Shown here: positions 44,503 to 54,065 of the stretch, in pieces
How the letters are laid out: every line of letters begins with the position of its first letter
How positions within the stretch are numbered: the first letter of the stretch is position 1
Source of the DNA: Myxococcales bacterium
GTDB taxonomy: Bacteria > Myxococcota_A > Polyangia > Polyangiales > DASUME01
Direction: 5' to 3'
DNA: 64,000 nucleotides
Assembly: GCA_047601445.1 (NCBI GenBank)
Contig: JASGJH010000001.1
Span: forward strand, 3,744,001 to 3,808,000
Notes under the pieces: generated by a model
Seen by the model: only the letters and a program-made list of their open reading frames with translations
What the model was told of the DNA's origin: nothing
Databases searched by the model: none
Program-made: the position numbers and the translations under genes

Positions 44503-45918
44503 TTAGCCGAGCTGTCGCGATGCCAGATGCGCGAGCGTACGAATGCCCTGCTCGAGCGCTGGCGACCACGGATGTCCGTAGTTGATCCTGAGGCAGTTCT
44601 CGAAGCCTCGCTGGGCCGAGAAGATGGGCCCCGGGCTCACGCTGACGTTCGCCTTCATGGCAGCCCTGTAAACGCGCACGGCATCCACGCCCTCGGGCAG
44701 TTCCACCCAAGCGAAGTAGCCGCCGTCGGGTTGGGTCACGCGCGTTCCATCCGGAAAGTAGCGCCGCACTGCCTCGAGCAACCGAACTTGCTGATCGGAC
44801 AAAGCCTTGCGCAGTTGCCGCAGGTGGCGCTCGTAGCCGCCGTGTTTGAGGTACTCCACGATGGCTAGTTGGGCCGGCACGCTCGGAGTCAGCGTGTTGG
44901 AGAGCTGACGCTGCTGCACGCGCTCGGCGCTGCGACCGGCCACCACCCAGCCCACCCGGAAGCCGGGCGCGAGACACTTGGAATACGACGAGCAGTGCAG
45001 CACCAGCCCGTCCTCGTCGAAGGCCTTGGCTGGCTTGGGTCGGGTTCCCTTGAGATGGAGCTCGGCGTAGACATCGTCTTCGATGAGGGGGATCTCGTGG
45101 CGTCGGAGCAGCTCCACGAGCGCGCGCTTCTTCTCGAGGGGCATCAGGCTGCCGAGCGGATTCTGGTAGTTGGTCATGAACCAGCACGCCTTGATGCGAT
45201 GGCGCTTGATGGCTTGCGCGAGGGCGTCGAGGTCGACCCCGCGCAGCGGTTCGGTGGCGACCTCCACGGCGCGCAGCCCCAGCGCCTCGATGATCTGCAG
45301 CGAAGCGTAGAAGGCCGGCGACTCGATGGCGATGAGGTCCCCAGGTCGGGCCACGCTCTGCAGGCACAGGTTCAGCGCCTCCATGGCTCCGCAGGTGATC
45401 AGGATCTCGTCGGGCTTCACGGTGCAGCCGACTTCCAGGTAGCGCCGCGCGATCTGGCGACGCAGCTCGAGGTTGCCCGGCGAGAGATCGCTGACGGTCT
45501 TCCAGGGATCGAGAAAGCGCGCGGCGGCGCCGAACGCGTGGGAGAGCTGCTTGAAGGGGAAGAGCTCCGGGCTCGGGAAGGCCGAACCAAACGGCACCAC
45601 GTTGCGATCGCGCGCCGAGGCGAGAACCTCGAACACCAACTCGCCCATGGCGACCTGGCCCGGGCGCCCGTTGGGCTTGCGTGTCTCGGGCAGGGGCAGT
45701 GGCCCCGGGCCTCGTACCGAGACGTAGTAACCCGAACGGGGCCGCGCCTCGATGCGTCCTTGGTCTTCGAGCACGCCGTAGGCCTGCAGCACCGTGCCGG
45801 GGCTCACCGAGCGGGACCGCGTGAGTTCACGCACGGACGGCACCCGGTCTCCGGGGCGCAACACGCCCGAGTCGATGGAGCGGGTGAGTTCTTCGACGAG
45901 CGTCTCGTAGAGCTTCAC
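44503..45918 (-). CDS. MocR/GabR-family (GntR HTH + PLP aminotransferase) regulator
   Basis: PGDRVPSVR HTH, QNPLG, EDDVY, SSYSKCLAPGFRVGW. Confidence 0.95.
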   Translation of the reverse strand: MKLYETLVEELTRSIDSGVLRPGDRVPSVRELTRSRSVSPGTVLQAYGVLEDQGRIEARPRSGYYVSVRGPGPLPLPETRKPNGRPGQVAMGELVFEVLASARDRNVVPFGSAFPSPELFPFKQLSHAFGAAARFLDPWKTVSDLSPGNLELRRQIARRYLEVGCTVKPDEILITCGAMEALNLCLQSVARPGDLIAIESPAFYASLQIIEALGLRAVEVATEPLRGVDLDALAQAIKRHRIKACWFMTNYQNPLGSLMPLEKKRALVELLRRHEIPLIEDDVYAELHLKGTRPKPAKAFDEDGLVLHCSSYSKCLAPGFRVGWVVAGRSAERVQQRQLSNTLTPSVPAQLAIVEYLKHGGYERHLRQLRKALSDQQVRLLEAVRRYFPDGTRVTQPDGGYFAWVELPEGVDAVRVYRAAMKANVSVSPGPIFSAQRGFENCLRINYGHPWSPALEQGIRTLAHLASRQLG

Positions 45919-45933
45919 GGCGCCCCGAGCCGT

Positions 45934-45976
45934 CTGGAACAGTTTCTCGGAACCATCGGTCCGAGTGTAACAGTTT
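45934..45976. promoter_or_regulatory. Direct-repeat pair (AACAGTT, 31-bp period), candidate MocR operator 1
   Basis: CTGGAACAGTTT and GTGTAACAGTTT upstream of the mocR start. Confidence 0.6.
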
Positions 45977-45985
45977 AGACGGCCA

Positions 45986-46258
45986 CTATTCCGCGATCTC
46001 GCGCGCCACGCTGGCGCGGATCCAGCGGTTCTCGCTCTTGCGCACCGCGCTGAGATAGAAACTCGTCCCCACCAGGGCCGCCGTCACCATCAGCTCCACC
46101 ATCGCCGCCGGGAACCCCTTGAGGTACCAGACCAGCGGAGCGAGCAGGCCGAACAGCGCGTAGCGCGGGATGCGCTTGAAATGACGCTCGTACTCGGCGA
46201 ACTGCATGTCCAAGCGCTGCAACTCGATCTCGTATTTCTCCCGGCTAGCCTGGTTCAT
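45986..46258 (-). CDS. Small two-TM membrane protein
   Basis: AGGAGG SD; 90 aa with two hydrophobic segments. Confidence 0.75.
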   Translation of the reverse strand: MNQASREKYEIELQRLDMQFAEYERHFKRIPRYALFGLLAPLVWYLKGFPAAMVELMVTAALVGTSFYLSAVRKSENRWIRASVAREIAE

Positions 46259-46316
46259 CTGGCCCTCCTGTAGGCCCGGCGTGGGTCTCAACCCAAAGCT
46301 AGGCCCCCGAGGGCTC

Positions 46317-46359
46317 CTGGAACAGTTACAGAATGTCGCTTAGACGACTGGAACAGATG
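46317..46359. promoter_or_regulatory. Direct-repeat pair (CTGGAACAGWT, 31-bp period), candidate MocR operator 2
   Basis: CTGGAACAGTTA at 46317 and CTGGAACAGATG at 46348. Confidence 0.6.
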
Positions 46360-46382
46360 GAAGGAGCGCAACGTACACGGGG

Positions 46383-47453
46383 CTATGGCGCGGCTCGCTT
46401 GGCCACCTGTTCGAGCTCCTTCGCCACCTCCGCGACGAGAGTCGGATCGAAGTACTGCTCGTAGGGCACGGACGCCTTGTAGACGTCGTTGCGCACCTGG
46501 AACTCGTCGGCCGTCTTGCTCGAGAAGTACGCGCTGGCGAGAGAATCACCGGGCTTGAAGCGCTCGAGTTCATCGGCGAGATCCAGGAAGTAGGTGCCGG
46601 CCATCAGCGGCTTGTATTGCTCGGGCGTGAGGCCCACGCGACCGGCCATCAGCTTGGCGGCCTCCTCCGCGTTGGCCGGGTCCTTGAGGAAGTCCACGAC
46701 ACGGAACCACACCTTCACGAGGCGCTTCCAATCATCGCGACGCTCGGCCAGCGACTTGGGGTTCACCGCCAAGAGATCGTAGATGAGCCCGGGCACGTCG
46801 CGGCTGGTGAAGATGGCGGTCGATCCCGGCACCTCCTTCAAGGCCTGTCCACTACTCGGCTGCCAGGCCACCACGGCGTCGACGCTGCCTGACTTGAGCA
46901 GCTGCGGCGTCTGATCGGTGGGCACGTTGACGAGACTGAGATCGCTGGGGCTCAGGTGCTCCTTCTCGAGCGCCTTGATCAGCAGCAGGTGACTCACGAA
47001 GCCGACCTCCACGCCCACCTTCTTGCCCTTGAGCTCGGTCAGCTTCGTCAGCCCGCGCTTGGCGACGATCATGTCGTTGCCATTGCTGTAGTCGTTGAGC
47101 AGGATGGCCACGCTCTTGGCGCCGCTCGACCCCATCACCAGCGCGTCGCCGTTGGTGACCGAGACCGCGTCGAGCTTGCCAGCGGTGTAAGCCTCCATGG
47201 AGGGCACGTACTCGAACCACACGAAGTCCACGTCGAGCCCCGCCTGCTTGAACCAGCCCTTCTGCAGCGCCACCTCCCAGGCCACGAAGCCTGGCCAGTC
47301 GCTGTAGCCGATGCGCAGGGGCGCCTTCGCGACGGGCGCGCTCGCAGCGCTCGTCTGCCCGCTCGGCGTCGGCGTGGGTGCGGATTCCTTGCTCTTGCCG
47401 CAAGCGCCGAGCAACACGGTGAAGAGCAACAGGCCTTGGAGATACGACTTCAT
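46383..47453 (-). CDS. ABC transporter substrate-binding lipoprotein (NMT1/SsuA/TauA-like)
   Basis: LLGAC lipobox; [29 protein letters not shown] overlap with the upstream gene. Confidence 0.9.
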   Translation of the reverse strand: MKSYLQGLLLFTVLLGACGKSKESAPTPTPSGQTSAASAPVAKAPLRIGYSDWPGFVAWEVALQKGWFKQAGLDVDFVWFEYVPSMEAYTAGKLDAVSVTNGDALVMGSSGAKSVAILLNDYSNGNDMIVAKRGLTKLTELKGKKVGVEVGFVSHLLLIKALEKEHLSPSDLSLVNVPTDQTPQLLKSGSVDAVVAWQPSSGQALKEVPGSTAIFTSRDVPGLIYDLLAVNPKSLAERRDDWKRLVKVWFRVVDFLKDPANAEEAAKLMAGRVGLTPEQYKPLMAGTYFLDLADELERFKPGDSLASAYFSSKTADEFQVRNDVYKASVPYEQYFDPTLVAEVAKELEQVAKRAAP

Positions 47454-48292
47454 GAGCTTGCTCCGTGCTGAGTGTTGAAGTGAGCGCGTTGCCGCTTGGC
47501 CATCCAGGTGTTGATCTCTGCCAAATCGGCCACGGGGAGTTTGCTGAAAGGGGCCTCGTGGAGGTAACCGTCGGGTCCGAACTCGGGCGTCATGGTCAGC
47601 ACGCGCAGCCCGCGTCGCTGCGCGCTCTGCCAGATCGCGCTCCACCAGCGCTCGTGCTGAGAGAGCTCGGCGGCATACTCGGGCGCGCGCGGGTCGGGCA
47701 CCTGGGGGCCCTGCGCGTAGCCGACGCGTGCGTGCACGTGGCGGGCTCGCTCGATGGCCGGCTGCAGCGCCTCTGGGTCGTCCACCAAGCGCTCACACAC
47801 CACGCACCAATGGCTAAAGTCGCAAGTGAGCTGGAGCGCGGGCAACGCGCGCAGCAGCTCGCGTGTGCTCCACGGGTTGAAGGTCGGGCGCCCGCGGTGA
47901 GTCTCGAAGGTCACCTCGGCGCCGGCCGAGGCCGACAGCTCGAGCACGCGGCCGAAGTAGTCGATGCACTGGGCGAGGGGCCAGCTATCCGAGCCGGTCA
48001 GGCAATTCACCAGGAAGGCACCCGCCGCGAGCGCGCTGTCGAGCTGCCGCTCGAACTGCTCGAGGTGTTCGGCCTCCGGCACGCGCGAAGCTGGGGCGTA
48101 GTCGCCGCCGGTACAGACCTCGCCGAGGAAAGGCATGCCGTCATCGGAGAGCCGCGTGCGCAGCGCCCGACACGCCGTGGCGTCGCGCGGGGCAGGCCCC
48201 TCCACGCCGTCGAAGCACCCATGAGCGGCCTGTGCGATGCACGCCTCGAGGGAGCCGAAGGTCCAGGCGCTCGCCATGATCAGGAGCTTCAT
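47450..48292 (-). CDS. Xylose-isomerase-like TIM barrel (sugar phosphate isomerase/epimerase family)
   Basis: [37 protein letters not shown]. Confidence 0.88.
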   Translation of the reverse strand: MKLLIMASAWTFGSLEACIAQAAHGCFDGVEGPAPRDATACRALRTRLSDDGMPFLGEVCTGGDYAPASRVPEAEHLEQFERQLDSALAAGAFLVNCLTGSDSWPLAQCIDYFGRVLELSASAGAEVTFETHRGRPTFNPWSTRELLRALPALQLTCDFSHWCVVCERLVDDPEALQPAIERARHVHARVGYAQGPQVPDPRAPEYAAELSQHERWWSAIWQSAQRRGLRVLTMTPEFGPDGYLHEAPFSKLPVADLAEINTWMAKRQRAHFNTQHGASS

Positions 48293-49377
48293 GGGCGCGC
48301 CACCTTGTCGTGGGCGCGGTCGCGACCAAAGGACGACAGCCCAAGCGCGCTGCGAGGTAGCTCGAACTCGCCGCGCTCCATGAGCCGCGTGAAGTACCCG
48401 AAGCTCTGCGCGGTCTGCGCCAGGATGTGCTCGCCCATGATCACGGGCTGGTAACCCGAGCGCTCGTGGAGCGGCGCGAAGCCGGGCAATGGCTCAATGA
48501 CGGTCTGGTAGTCGAGGCTGAAGAACAGCGGAAACGAGTAGCGCTCCTCGGGCACCGGGCGCACGCGATGGGCGGTCGACGCGTAGTGGCCGTTGGTCAG
48601 CACCTCGAGCATGTCGCCGAGATTCACCACGAAGGCCCCAGGGCGCGGGGGTGCATCGATCCAGCGGCCCTCGTCGTTCATAACCTCGAGCCCTGGCGTA
48701 GTCGCCTGCAAGATGGTGAAGACCTCGTAGTCCGTGTGCGAGCCGATGCCCATGCCGCGCTCCGAAGGCTCGCGCGCGGGGTAGTGGAGCAAGCGCAACT
48801 GCGACGGCGGCTTCACCAGCTGGGCCTCGAAATGGTTTTCGGCGAGCCCCAGCGCGAGAGCAAAGCCGCGCAGGAGCCGTCGACCGAGCGCCACCACCTC
48901 GGCGTAGTAGGCGCTGACCACGCGCCGAAACTCGGGCAGCTCCGCAGGCCACACGTTGGGACCGAGCAGGCGATTTCCCGCCAGGTACTCCGGGTCGTCC
49001 GCAGGCAGATCGAGCGAGAGGTCGAAGCCTTCCTTGCTGTCCTTGCTCTGGCCGTAGAAGACCTCTTCGCCGGGCGGCACGTAGCCGCGGTGGTTGCGTG
49101 AGAGGCCGATGTAGTAGCTGTGCTTGACCGCGCTCGGCAGCGCGAAGAACGCGGCGGCCTGGGCCAACAGCGCGCGCGACACGTCGCTGTGCACACCGTG
49201 GTTCGTGACGTAGAGAAAGCCCGCCGTGCGCGCGGCCGCATCGAGCTGCGCAGCCACTGCATGGCGCTCGGCCAGCACGGGGGACGCGAGCCCCGCGAGG
49301 TCCACCAGAGGAATGGCGTCGAAGCGTCCGCGCTTGACCTGCGTTTCGTGCAGATTGCCTTGCGATTGCTTGTTCAC
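48289..49377 (-). CDS. 2-oxoglutarate/Fe(II) dioxygenase, isopenicillin N synthase family
   Basis: IPLVDL, GFLYVTNHG, RGY, HTDY, NLGD, HRV, RYS. Confidence 0.95.
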   Translation of the reverse strand: MNKQSQGNLHETQVKRGRFDAIPLVDLAGLASPVLAERHAVAAQLDAAARTAGFLYVTNHGVHSDVSRALLAQAAAFFALPSAVKHSYYIGLSRNHRGYVPPGEEVFYGQSKDSKEGFDLSLDLPADDPEYLAGNRLLGPNVWPAELPEFRRVVSAYYAEVVALGRRLLRGFALALGLAENHFEAQLVKPPSQLRLLHYPAREPSERGMGIGSHTDYEVFTILQATTPGLEVMNDEGRWIDAPPRPGAFVVNLGDMLEVLTNGHYASTAHRVRPVPEERYSFPLFFSLDYQTVIEPLPGFAPLHERSGYQPVIMGEHILAQTAQSFGYFTRLMERGEFELPRSALGLSSFGRDRAHDKVARP

Positions 49378-49448
49378 TCTCGACTCTCCCGACGCCAGCG
49401 TTGCAGCGCCCTCGAGTCATCCATTACCGCTTTCCGCGTGCGTCAGAC

Positions 49449-49485
49449 CTTGCGGCGGGCGACAGAGATCTTGTAGATCACGACA
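49449..49485 (-). promoter_or_regulatory. Tandem TGTCG-N7-CAAG direct repeats (21-bp period), candidate AraC operator
   Basis: Copies at 49470-49485 and 49449-49464, read on the minus strand upstream of the dioxygenase operon. Confidence 0.6.
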
Positions 49486-49557
49486 GTGCCTCGCAGTTCT
49501 TCGAGCCCGGCATCGCCAGCACGCAACACGGCACACACACGCAAAGGCCGCGAGCCG

Positions 49558-50604
49558 ATGATCGGGTCGCGGGCCACGCTCGGATTACTCGAGTACCTGG
49601 GCGAAGTGGGCTGCGATGCGGCGCCGCTGTTGCGGCGTACGGAGCTCGCGGCTTCACTGTTCGCGGAGCCGGAAGCGCTGCTTCCATTGGCTCGGTTCGT
49701 CCGCTTTTTGGAGCTGTGCGCACAGGCCAGCGGGGACGATTGCTTCGGCGCCCACTACGCGTCGCACTACCCCATTCGCAACACCGGATTGGCCGGCTAT
49801 GCCACCATCGGCAGTACGACGCTGGGCAGCGGCTGCAACGCCGTGGCCCGCTACTACGCACTCCTGGCCGACGCCACCGAGCTCACGCTCACCACGCACG
49901 GCCCGCGGGCACGCCTCTCCTACACGCTCACCGATAGCTCCATTTGGCCCCGACGACAGGACGCGGAGTGCATGCTCACGGTGCTGCTCGGTTGGCTGCG
50001 CGACGCGCTCGGCGCTGCCTGGTCGCCCGAGGAGGTGTGGTTCGAACATGCCAAGCCAAGCGGCGCGCGCGCGCTCATGCGCATCTACCGCTGTCCCATG
50101 CACTTCGACATGCCGTGCAACGCCCTGTTCTTCCCGCGCAGCTTGCTCGAGCGTCGCCTGCACAGCGAGCATCCCGACTTGGCCGGCTTGATCGAGCCCT
50201 ACCTCGAGGAGCTGCTGCGCCAAAAGGCGCAGCCCGCGCAGGTAGACCAGGCCGTCATCAAGCACATCAAGAGCTCACTGAGCCACAGTCCCGCCTCGCT
50301 CGCCGAGGCAGCGCGCGATCAAGGCGTCGGCGCGCGGACGCTACAACGTCGACTGCGCGCTCACGGGCAGTCGTATCAGAAGTTGGTGGATCGCGCGCGC
50401 TACGAGTCCAGTCTGGCCTACTTGGCCGATCGCTCTCTGAGCATCGGCGAGGTGGCGTGCAAGCTGGGATACGCCGACGTGACGGCGTTCAATCGCGCCT
50501 TTCGACGCTGGACAGGGCAGGCGCCGTCACACTATCGGCGCGTGGTCGCCGCAGCACCGACCGCCTGCAGTCAGCCGGAACGCCGAGCCGCTCAGCCGAA
50601 GTGA
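49558..50604 (+). CDS. AraC-family regulator (Arabinose_bd_2/OruR-VirS type)
   Basis: EVWFEH, RTLQRRL, LGYADVTAFNRAFRRWTGQAP. Confidence 0.95.
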   Translation: MIGSRATLGLLEYLGEVGCDAAPLLRRTELAASLFAEPEALLPLARFVRFLELCAQASGDDCFGAHYASHYPIRNTGLAGYATIGSTTLGSGCNAVARYYALLADATELTLTTHGPRARLSYTLTDSSIWPRRQDAECMLTVLLGWLRDALGAAWSPEEVWFEHAKPSGARALMRIYRCPMHFDMPCNALFFPRSLLERRLHSEHPDLAGLIEPYLEELLRQKAQPAQVDQAVIKHIKSSLSHSPASLAEAARDQGVGARTLQRRLRAHGQSYQKLVDRARYESSLAYLADRSLSIGEVACKLGYADVTAFNRAFRRWTGQAPSHYRRVVAAAPTACSQPERRAAQPK

Positions 50605-51593
50605 TAGGCCGAAAACGGCAGCCCAAACAGCTCTCCACTGTACGGCACGCTGCCCTGGTCGCTCCCGGCGGCGCCGGCGATCACCATCATTGGCAGCAGG
50701 TGCTCCTCGCGCGGGTGAGCCATACGGGCCGAGGGAGCGCTGGCCCATGCGACGAGGCGCTCATTGCGCTGGGCCTCGGGTGCAGTGCCCGTCTCCTGCA
50801 GCCAGCGATCGAAGGCCTCGGCATGGGGACGCGCACCGCGCGGATCGCGGAAGGCGCCCATGTTGTGGAAGCTCATGCCGCTCCCCACGATGAACACCCC
50901 CTGGTCGCGCAGCGGCGCGAGAGCACGACCCATCGCCAGGTGCTCGGCGGGATCGAGCCCCGCCTTGAGCGAGAGCTGAACGGTCGGCACGTCCGCGTCC
51001 GGATACGCGAGCTTGAGCGGCACGAAGGTGCCATGGTCGTAGCCGCGCTTTTCGTCGGCGGCCGTGGCGAAGCCCGCGCCTTCGAGCAACTTACGCACCT
51101 CGCCGGCGAGGGCGGGCGCGCCGGGGGCAGGCCACTGCACGCTGTAGGACTCGGGCGGAAAGCCGTAGTAGTCGTAGAGCATGGGCGGCGCCGCGGAAGT
51201 GGTCACGCTAGGCACGCGCTCTTCCCAGTGGGCCGAGATCACGAGCAGCGCCTTGGGCGCGCTCTTGGGCAGGCGACTCAAGGAGCGCAGGTAGCCGGAG
51301 AGCGAATCGAGCTCGTGCTGGGGAAAGCCCAGATTCACGAAGGGCCAAGGCCCGCCGCCGTGCGGCAAGTACACAACTGGCATGCGCTGTTGGACTGCGG
51401 AACCCATGGCGTCGCCTTTCTCGGGAGAAGACTGCGGGTGTGACGTGGATCGGGAAGCGGACGCGCCGGGCCCAGCTCCCTCGCTGCAGCCGGCGAGCCC
51501 GCCCAAAGCAGCGACCCCGACCAGGCCTGCAAGCAGCGCTTCACGCCGCCCTTTGTCACACTCGTCTCGCATTCGGCCACCCACTATGGCCAC
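50592..51593 (-). CDS. Class III extradiol dioxygenase (DODA/YgiD-like); alternative start at 51407
   Basis: PHGGGP, ISAHWE, YDYYGFP, RGYDHG, GSGMSFHN, HPREEHLLP. Confidence 0.92.
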   Translation of the reverse strand: MAIVGGRMRDECDKGRREALLAGLVGVAALGGLAGCSEGAGPGASASRSTSHPQSSPEKGDAMGSAVQQRMPVVYLPHGGGPWPFVNLGFPQHELDSLSGYLRSLSRLPKSAPKALLVISAHWEERVPSVTTSAAPPMLYDYYGFPPESYSVQWPAPGAPALAGEVRKLLEGAGFATAADEKRGYDHGTFVPLKLAYPDADVPTVQLSLKAGLDPAEHLAMGRALAPLRDQGVFIVGSGMSFHNMGAFRDPRGARPHAEAFDRWLQETGTAPEAQRNERLVAWASAPSARMAHPREEHLLPMMVIAGAAGSDQGSVPYSGELFGLPFSAYHFG

Positions 51594-51701
51594 TCCCGAC
51601 GGGCTTGGGAAGTCCCCCGCAGAGCGCCGGCAACGCAGCGCTCTGCCCCGTGCCAGCCTTGCGCCAGCAAGGCGAGGCCGTAGTCCTGCCCGGTCCTTGC
51701 T

Positions 51702-52385
51702 CTAGCGAGTGAGCACTTCCACCTCGTCGCTGCGCCCGACCAGCACCCGACTCGCCTCGTCGAGGAACAACCCATGCCCGAGGAGACCCGGTATCTCGCT
51801 TAGCTTGTTGGCGACCTCGCGAGGACGCTCGAGCGCGCCGAAGGCACAGTCGATCACGTGGTTGTGCTGGTCCGTGAGGTAGGGCCTGCCGTCGGGCTGG
51901 GCGCGCAGGCTCGGCACGCAGCCCAGGTTGCACAGGGCGCGCAACACCACGGGCGTGGCGAAGGGCAGCACCTCCACGGGTAGCGGAAACGCGCCCAGCA
52001 CGTCCACGAGCTTCGACGAGTCCACCACGATGACGGTCTGACGAGCCGCGAAGGCCACGACCTTTTCGCGCAACAATGCCCCTCCCCCGCCCTTGACCAG
52101 GCGCAGCTGCGGGTCGACCTCGTCCGCACCGTCGATGGTCAAATCGAGCTCACTCCCGTGCTCGAAGTCCGACACGTGGATGCCCAGTTGCGTGGCCAGA
52201 GCCTCGGTGGCGCGCGAGGCGGACACCACGCGCACCCGGAGGCCTAGTGTCACGCGTTGCGCGAGCGCGCGCACGACGTGGTTCACGCTGCTCCCGCTGC
52301 CCAGGCCCAGCGCCATACCGTCCGCCACCAGCGCCACCGCGGCCTCGGCGGCGCGCTGCTTCTCCCGTTCTCGATCCGTCGTCAT
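51702..52385 (-). CDS. rpiA: Ribose-5-phosphate isomerase A
   Basis: GLGSGSS, IDGADEVD, KGGGGALLREKVV, LPVEV, HGLF. Confidence 0.96.
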   Translation of the reverse strand: MTTDREREKQRAAEAAVALVADGMALGLGSGSSVNHVVRALAQRVTLGLRVRVVSASRATEALATQLGIHVSDFEHGSELDLTIDGADEVDPQLRLVKGGGGALLREKVVAFAARQTVIVVDSSKLVDVLGAFPLPVEVLPFATPVVLRALCNLGCVPSLRAQPDGRPYLTDQHNHVIDCAFGALERPREVANKLSEIPGLLGHGLFLDEASRVLVGRSDEVEVLTR

Positions 52386-52401
52386 ACGATACCCTTGGCA
52401 C

Positions 52402-53490
52402 ATGAAGCGTTGGTTACTGCTCGGATTGCTGTGCTCGTGCGTGTGGATCGGTGGAATTGTCGAGGTTCAGGCCCAGTCGAACGCAGACGCGGGGGTGGCG
52501 CCAGTGGAGGCCCCCTCCGCTCCCCCTCCCCAGGAAGCCGTGACCCACCGCTCCCATGCCGTGGCCGGCGGTCAGAATCGAGTCGACGTCGGTTTTCACG
52601 TGAATGCCCTGCGCGAGGTGGACGCCCATGCTCAAACCTTCCGGGCCGACCTGTTCTTCTGGCTAATCTACCACCGGCGTACGCCCGGGCTGGTCGACGA
52701 GGAGCTCGAGGAAATCCGCTTCACCAACGGAGACGTGGAGTCGATGGAGCTGGAGGAGCGCAAGGCCCTAGGCGACGACAACTACGTGCTGTATCGGGTC
52801 CGCGCGCAGTTTCATTTTCAGGCCAACTTCCGTCGCTATCCCTTCGATGTGCAGGAGCTGCCCATCGAGGTGCAACACGGCTATCTGCGCTCCGACCAGC
52901 TGGCGATTCACGTGGACCACCCCTCGTACGCCCGTTCGACCGGGCCCCAACACCTCCGCGCCCTGGGCGAGGGCGTCGGCCTGGCGGACATGGTGGTCAG
53001 AGAAGTGCGCCATGAAGAGCTCCAGCGCACCTACCACACCGACTTCGGCGACAGCACGGACCCCGTGGGGTCCACCACGGTCTCGAGCTATCGCATGGTC
53101 ATCGTAGCGGCGCGCGAGGTCTGGCCTTTCTTGATCAAGATCGTGATCCCGCTACTGATCATCCAGATGCTCGCCTATCTGGTGTTCTTCGTGGCGGCCG
53201 ACCGCATCGACGTGGCCGTGGGGCTCACCGTCACGTCGCTCTTGGCCAGCATCGCCTTCCAAATCGCGCTCGCCGACAGCTTGCCCGACATCGGCTACCT
53301 CACGACGGCCGATCGCATCTTCCACCTGTCTTACTTCCTGATCATGGTGGCGATGGGGCAGATGGTCTACGCGTACAACCTATTCACCGCGAACGAGGTG
53401 GAGCGCGCACGCAAGCTCGACATGGCGGGCCGCATCCTGTACCCGCTGGTGTTCTTCGTGGGCGTGGCCCTGATCTGCTGGCGCTTGTGA
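52402..53490 (+). CDS. Prokaryotic pentameric ligand-gated ion channel (GLIC/ELIC-like)
   Basis: Signal peptide, beta-rich extracellular domain with RRYPFDVQ Pro-loop, KIVIPL at M1, M2-M3 loop LPDIGYLT, four TM helices ending ILYPLVF. Confidence 0.9.
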   Translation: MKRWLLLGLLCSCVWIGGIVEVQAQSNADAGVAPVEAPSAPPPQEAVTHRSHAVAGGQNRVDVGFHVNALREVDAHAQTFRADLFFWLIYHRRTPGLVDEELEEIRFTNGDVESMELEERKALGDDNYVLYRVRAQFHFQANFRRYPFDVQELPIEVQHGYLRSDQLAIHVDHPSYARSTGPQHLRALGEGVGLADMVVREVRHEELQRTYHTDFGDSTDPVGSTTVSSYRMVIVAAREVWPFLIKIVIPLLIIQMLAYLVFFVAADRIDVAVGLTVTSLLASIAFQIALADSLPDIGYLTTADRIFHLSYFLIMVAMGQMVYAYNLFTANEVERARKLDMAGRILYPLVFFVGVALICWRL

Positions 53491-53494
53491 GGGA

Positions 53495-53745
53495 GCCCCT
53501 GGTAGCGGAGCGCGGACCGCTTCCCTCTGGCTGGCCGAGAGTCGCGCCGTGAGGCAAGCGCCACGCCGTGGGGACGGTCATGGGATTGCTTCTAGTCTTG
53601 GTGCGCAAGGCGCGCAGGAAGCGCGCAGGCTCAGTCTCCGTCGGATCGTTCGCTGATAGGGTCCACCGGTCTCGCTTCGCTTCCAGGCGAGGCGCGCCAA
53701 GACTCGGCGCCAGAGGGAAGCCGTCCGCGCTCCGCTACCAGGGGC
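53495..53745 (+). repeat. Structured repeat element, copy 1 (37-bp terminal inverted repeats, ~189-bp conserved core)
   Basis: 53495-53531 pairs with 53709-53745 (1 mismatch); the core matches the reverse complement of 54098-54287. Confidence 0.9.
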
Positions 53746-53749
53746 CTTG

Positions 53750-54064
53750 TGTGTTCTCTCTAAGGATGCTCGAGCGTTCTCATGTGCTCACTCTGGATCA
53801 CTCGAGTGATTCCACGGTCGCCCGAGTTTGCTCAAGTGTCCTCAGGGGTTCACCGTAGTTCGCTCGAGTGTTCTCGCGTGGACGCCCAGGTTCATTTCGC
53901 TGGGCTCATCTGGACCAGTGGGTCCACGCGGGCTCACCTGGACCAGAGAGTCCATTCGAGCGCACTCGCCAAGTGTCCACACGAGCGCACTCGAGCCAAG
54001 AGATCACTGGAGTAGACGCGAGCCAAGAGATCACGCGAGCCAACTCGAGCCCAAATGTGGACAC
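53750..54064. repeat. Degenerate short-period (CTCGAG-rich, ~10 bp) repeat tract with internal direct and inverted repeats
   Basis: GAGCCAAGAGATCAC x2, GGGCTCAYCTGGACCAG x2, GAGCGCACTCG x2; 53862-53883 is inverted at 53975-53996 (19/22 match). Confidence 0.7.
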
Positions 54065-54065
54065 A

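Noticed and set aside
49378..49557. Guanidine riboswitch upstream of the dioxygenase operon
   Set aside because: I found neither guanidine-I conserved segments nor tandem ACGR hairpins; the AraC-type repeats explain the region better.
53750..54064. Possible CRISPR array
   Set aside because: No constant repeat with regular unique spacers, and no cas genes in the window.
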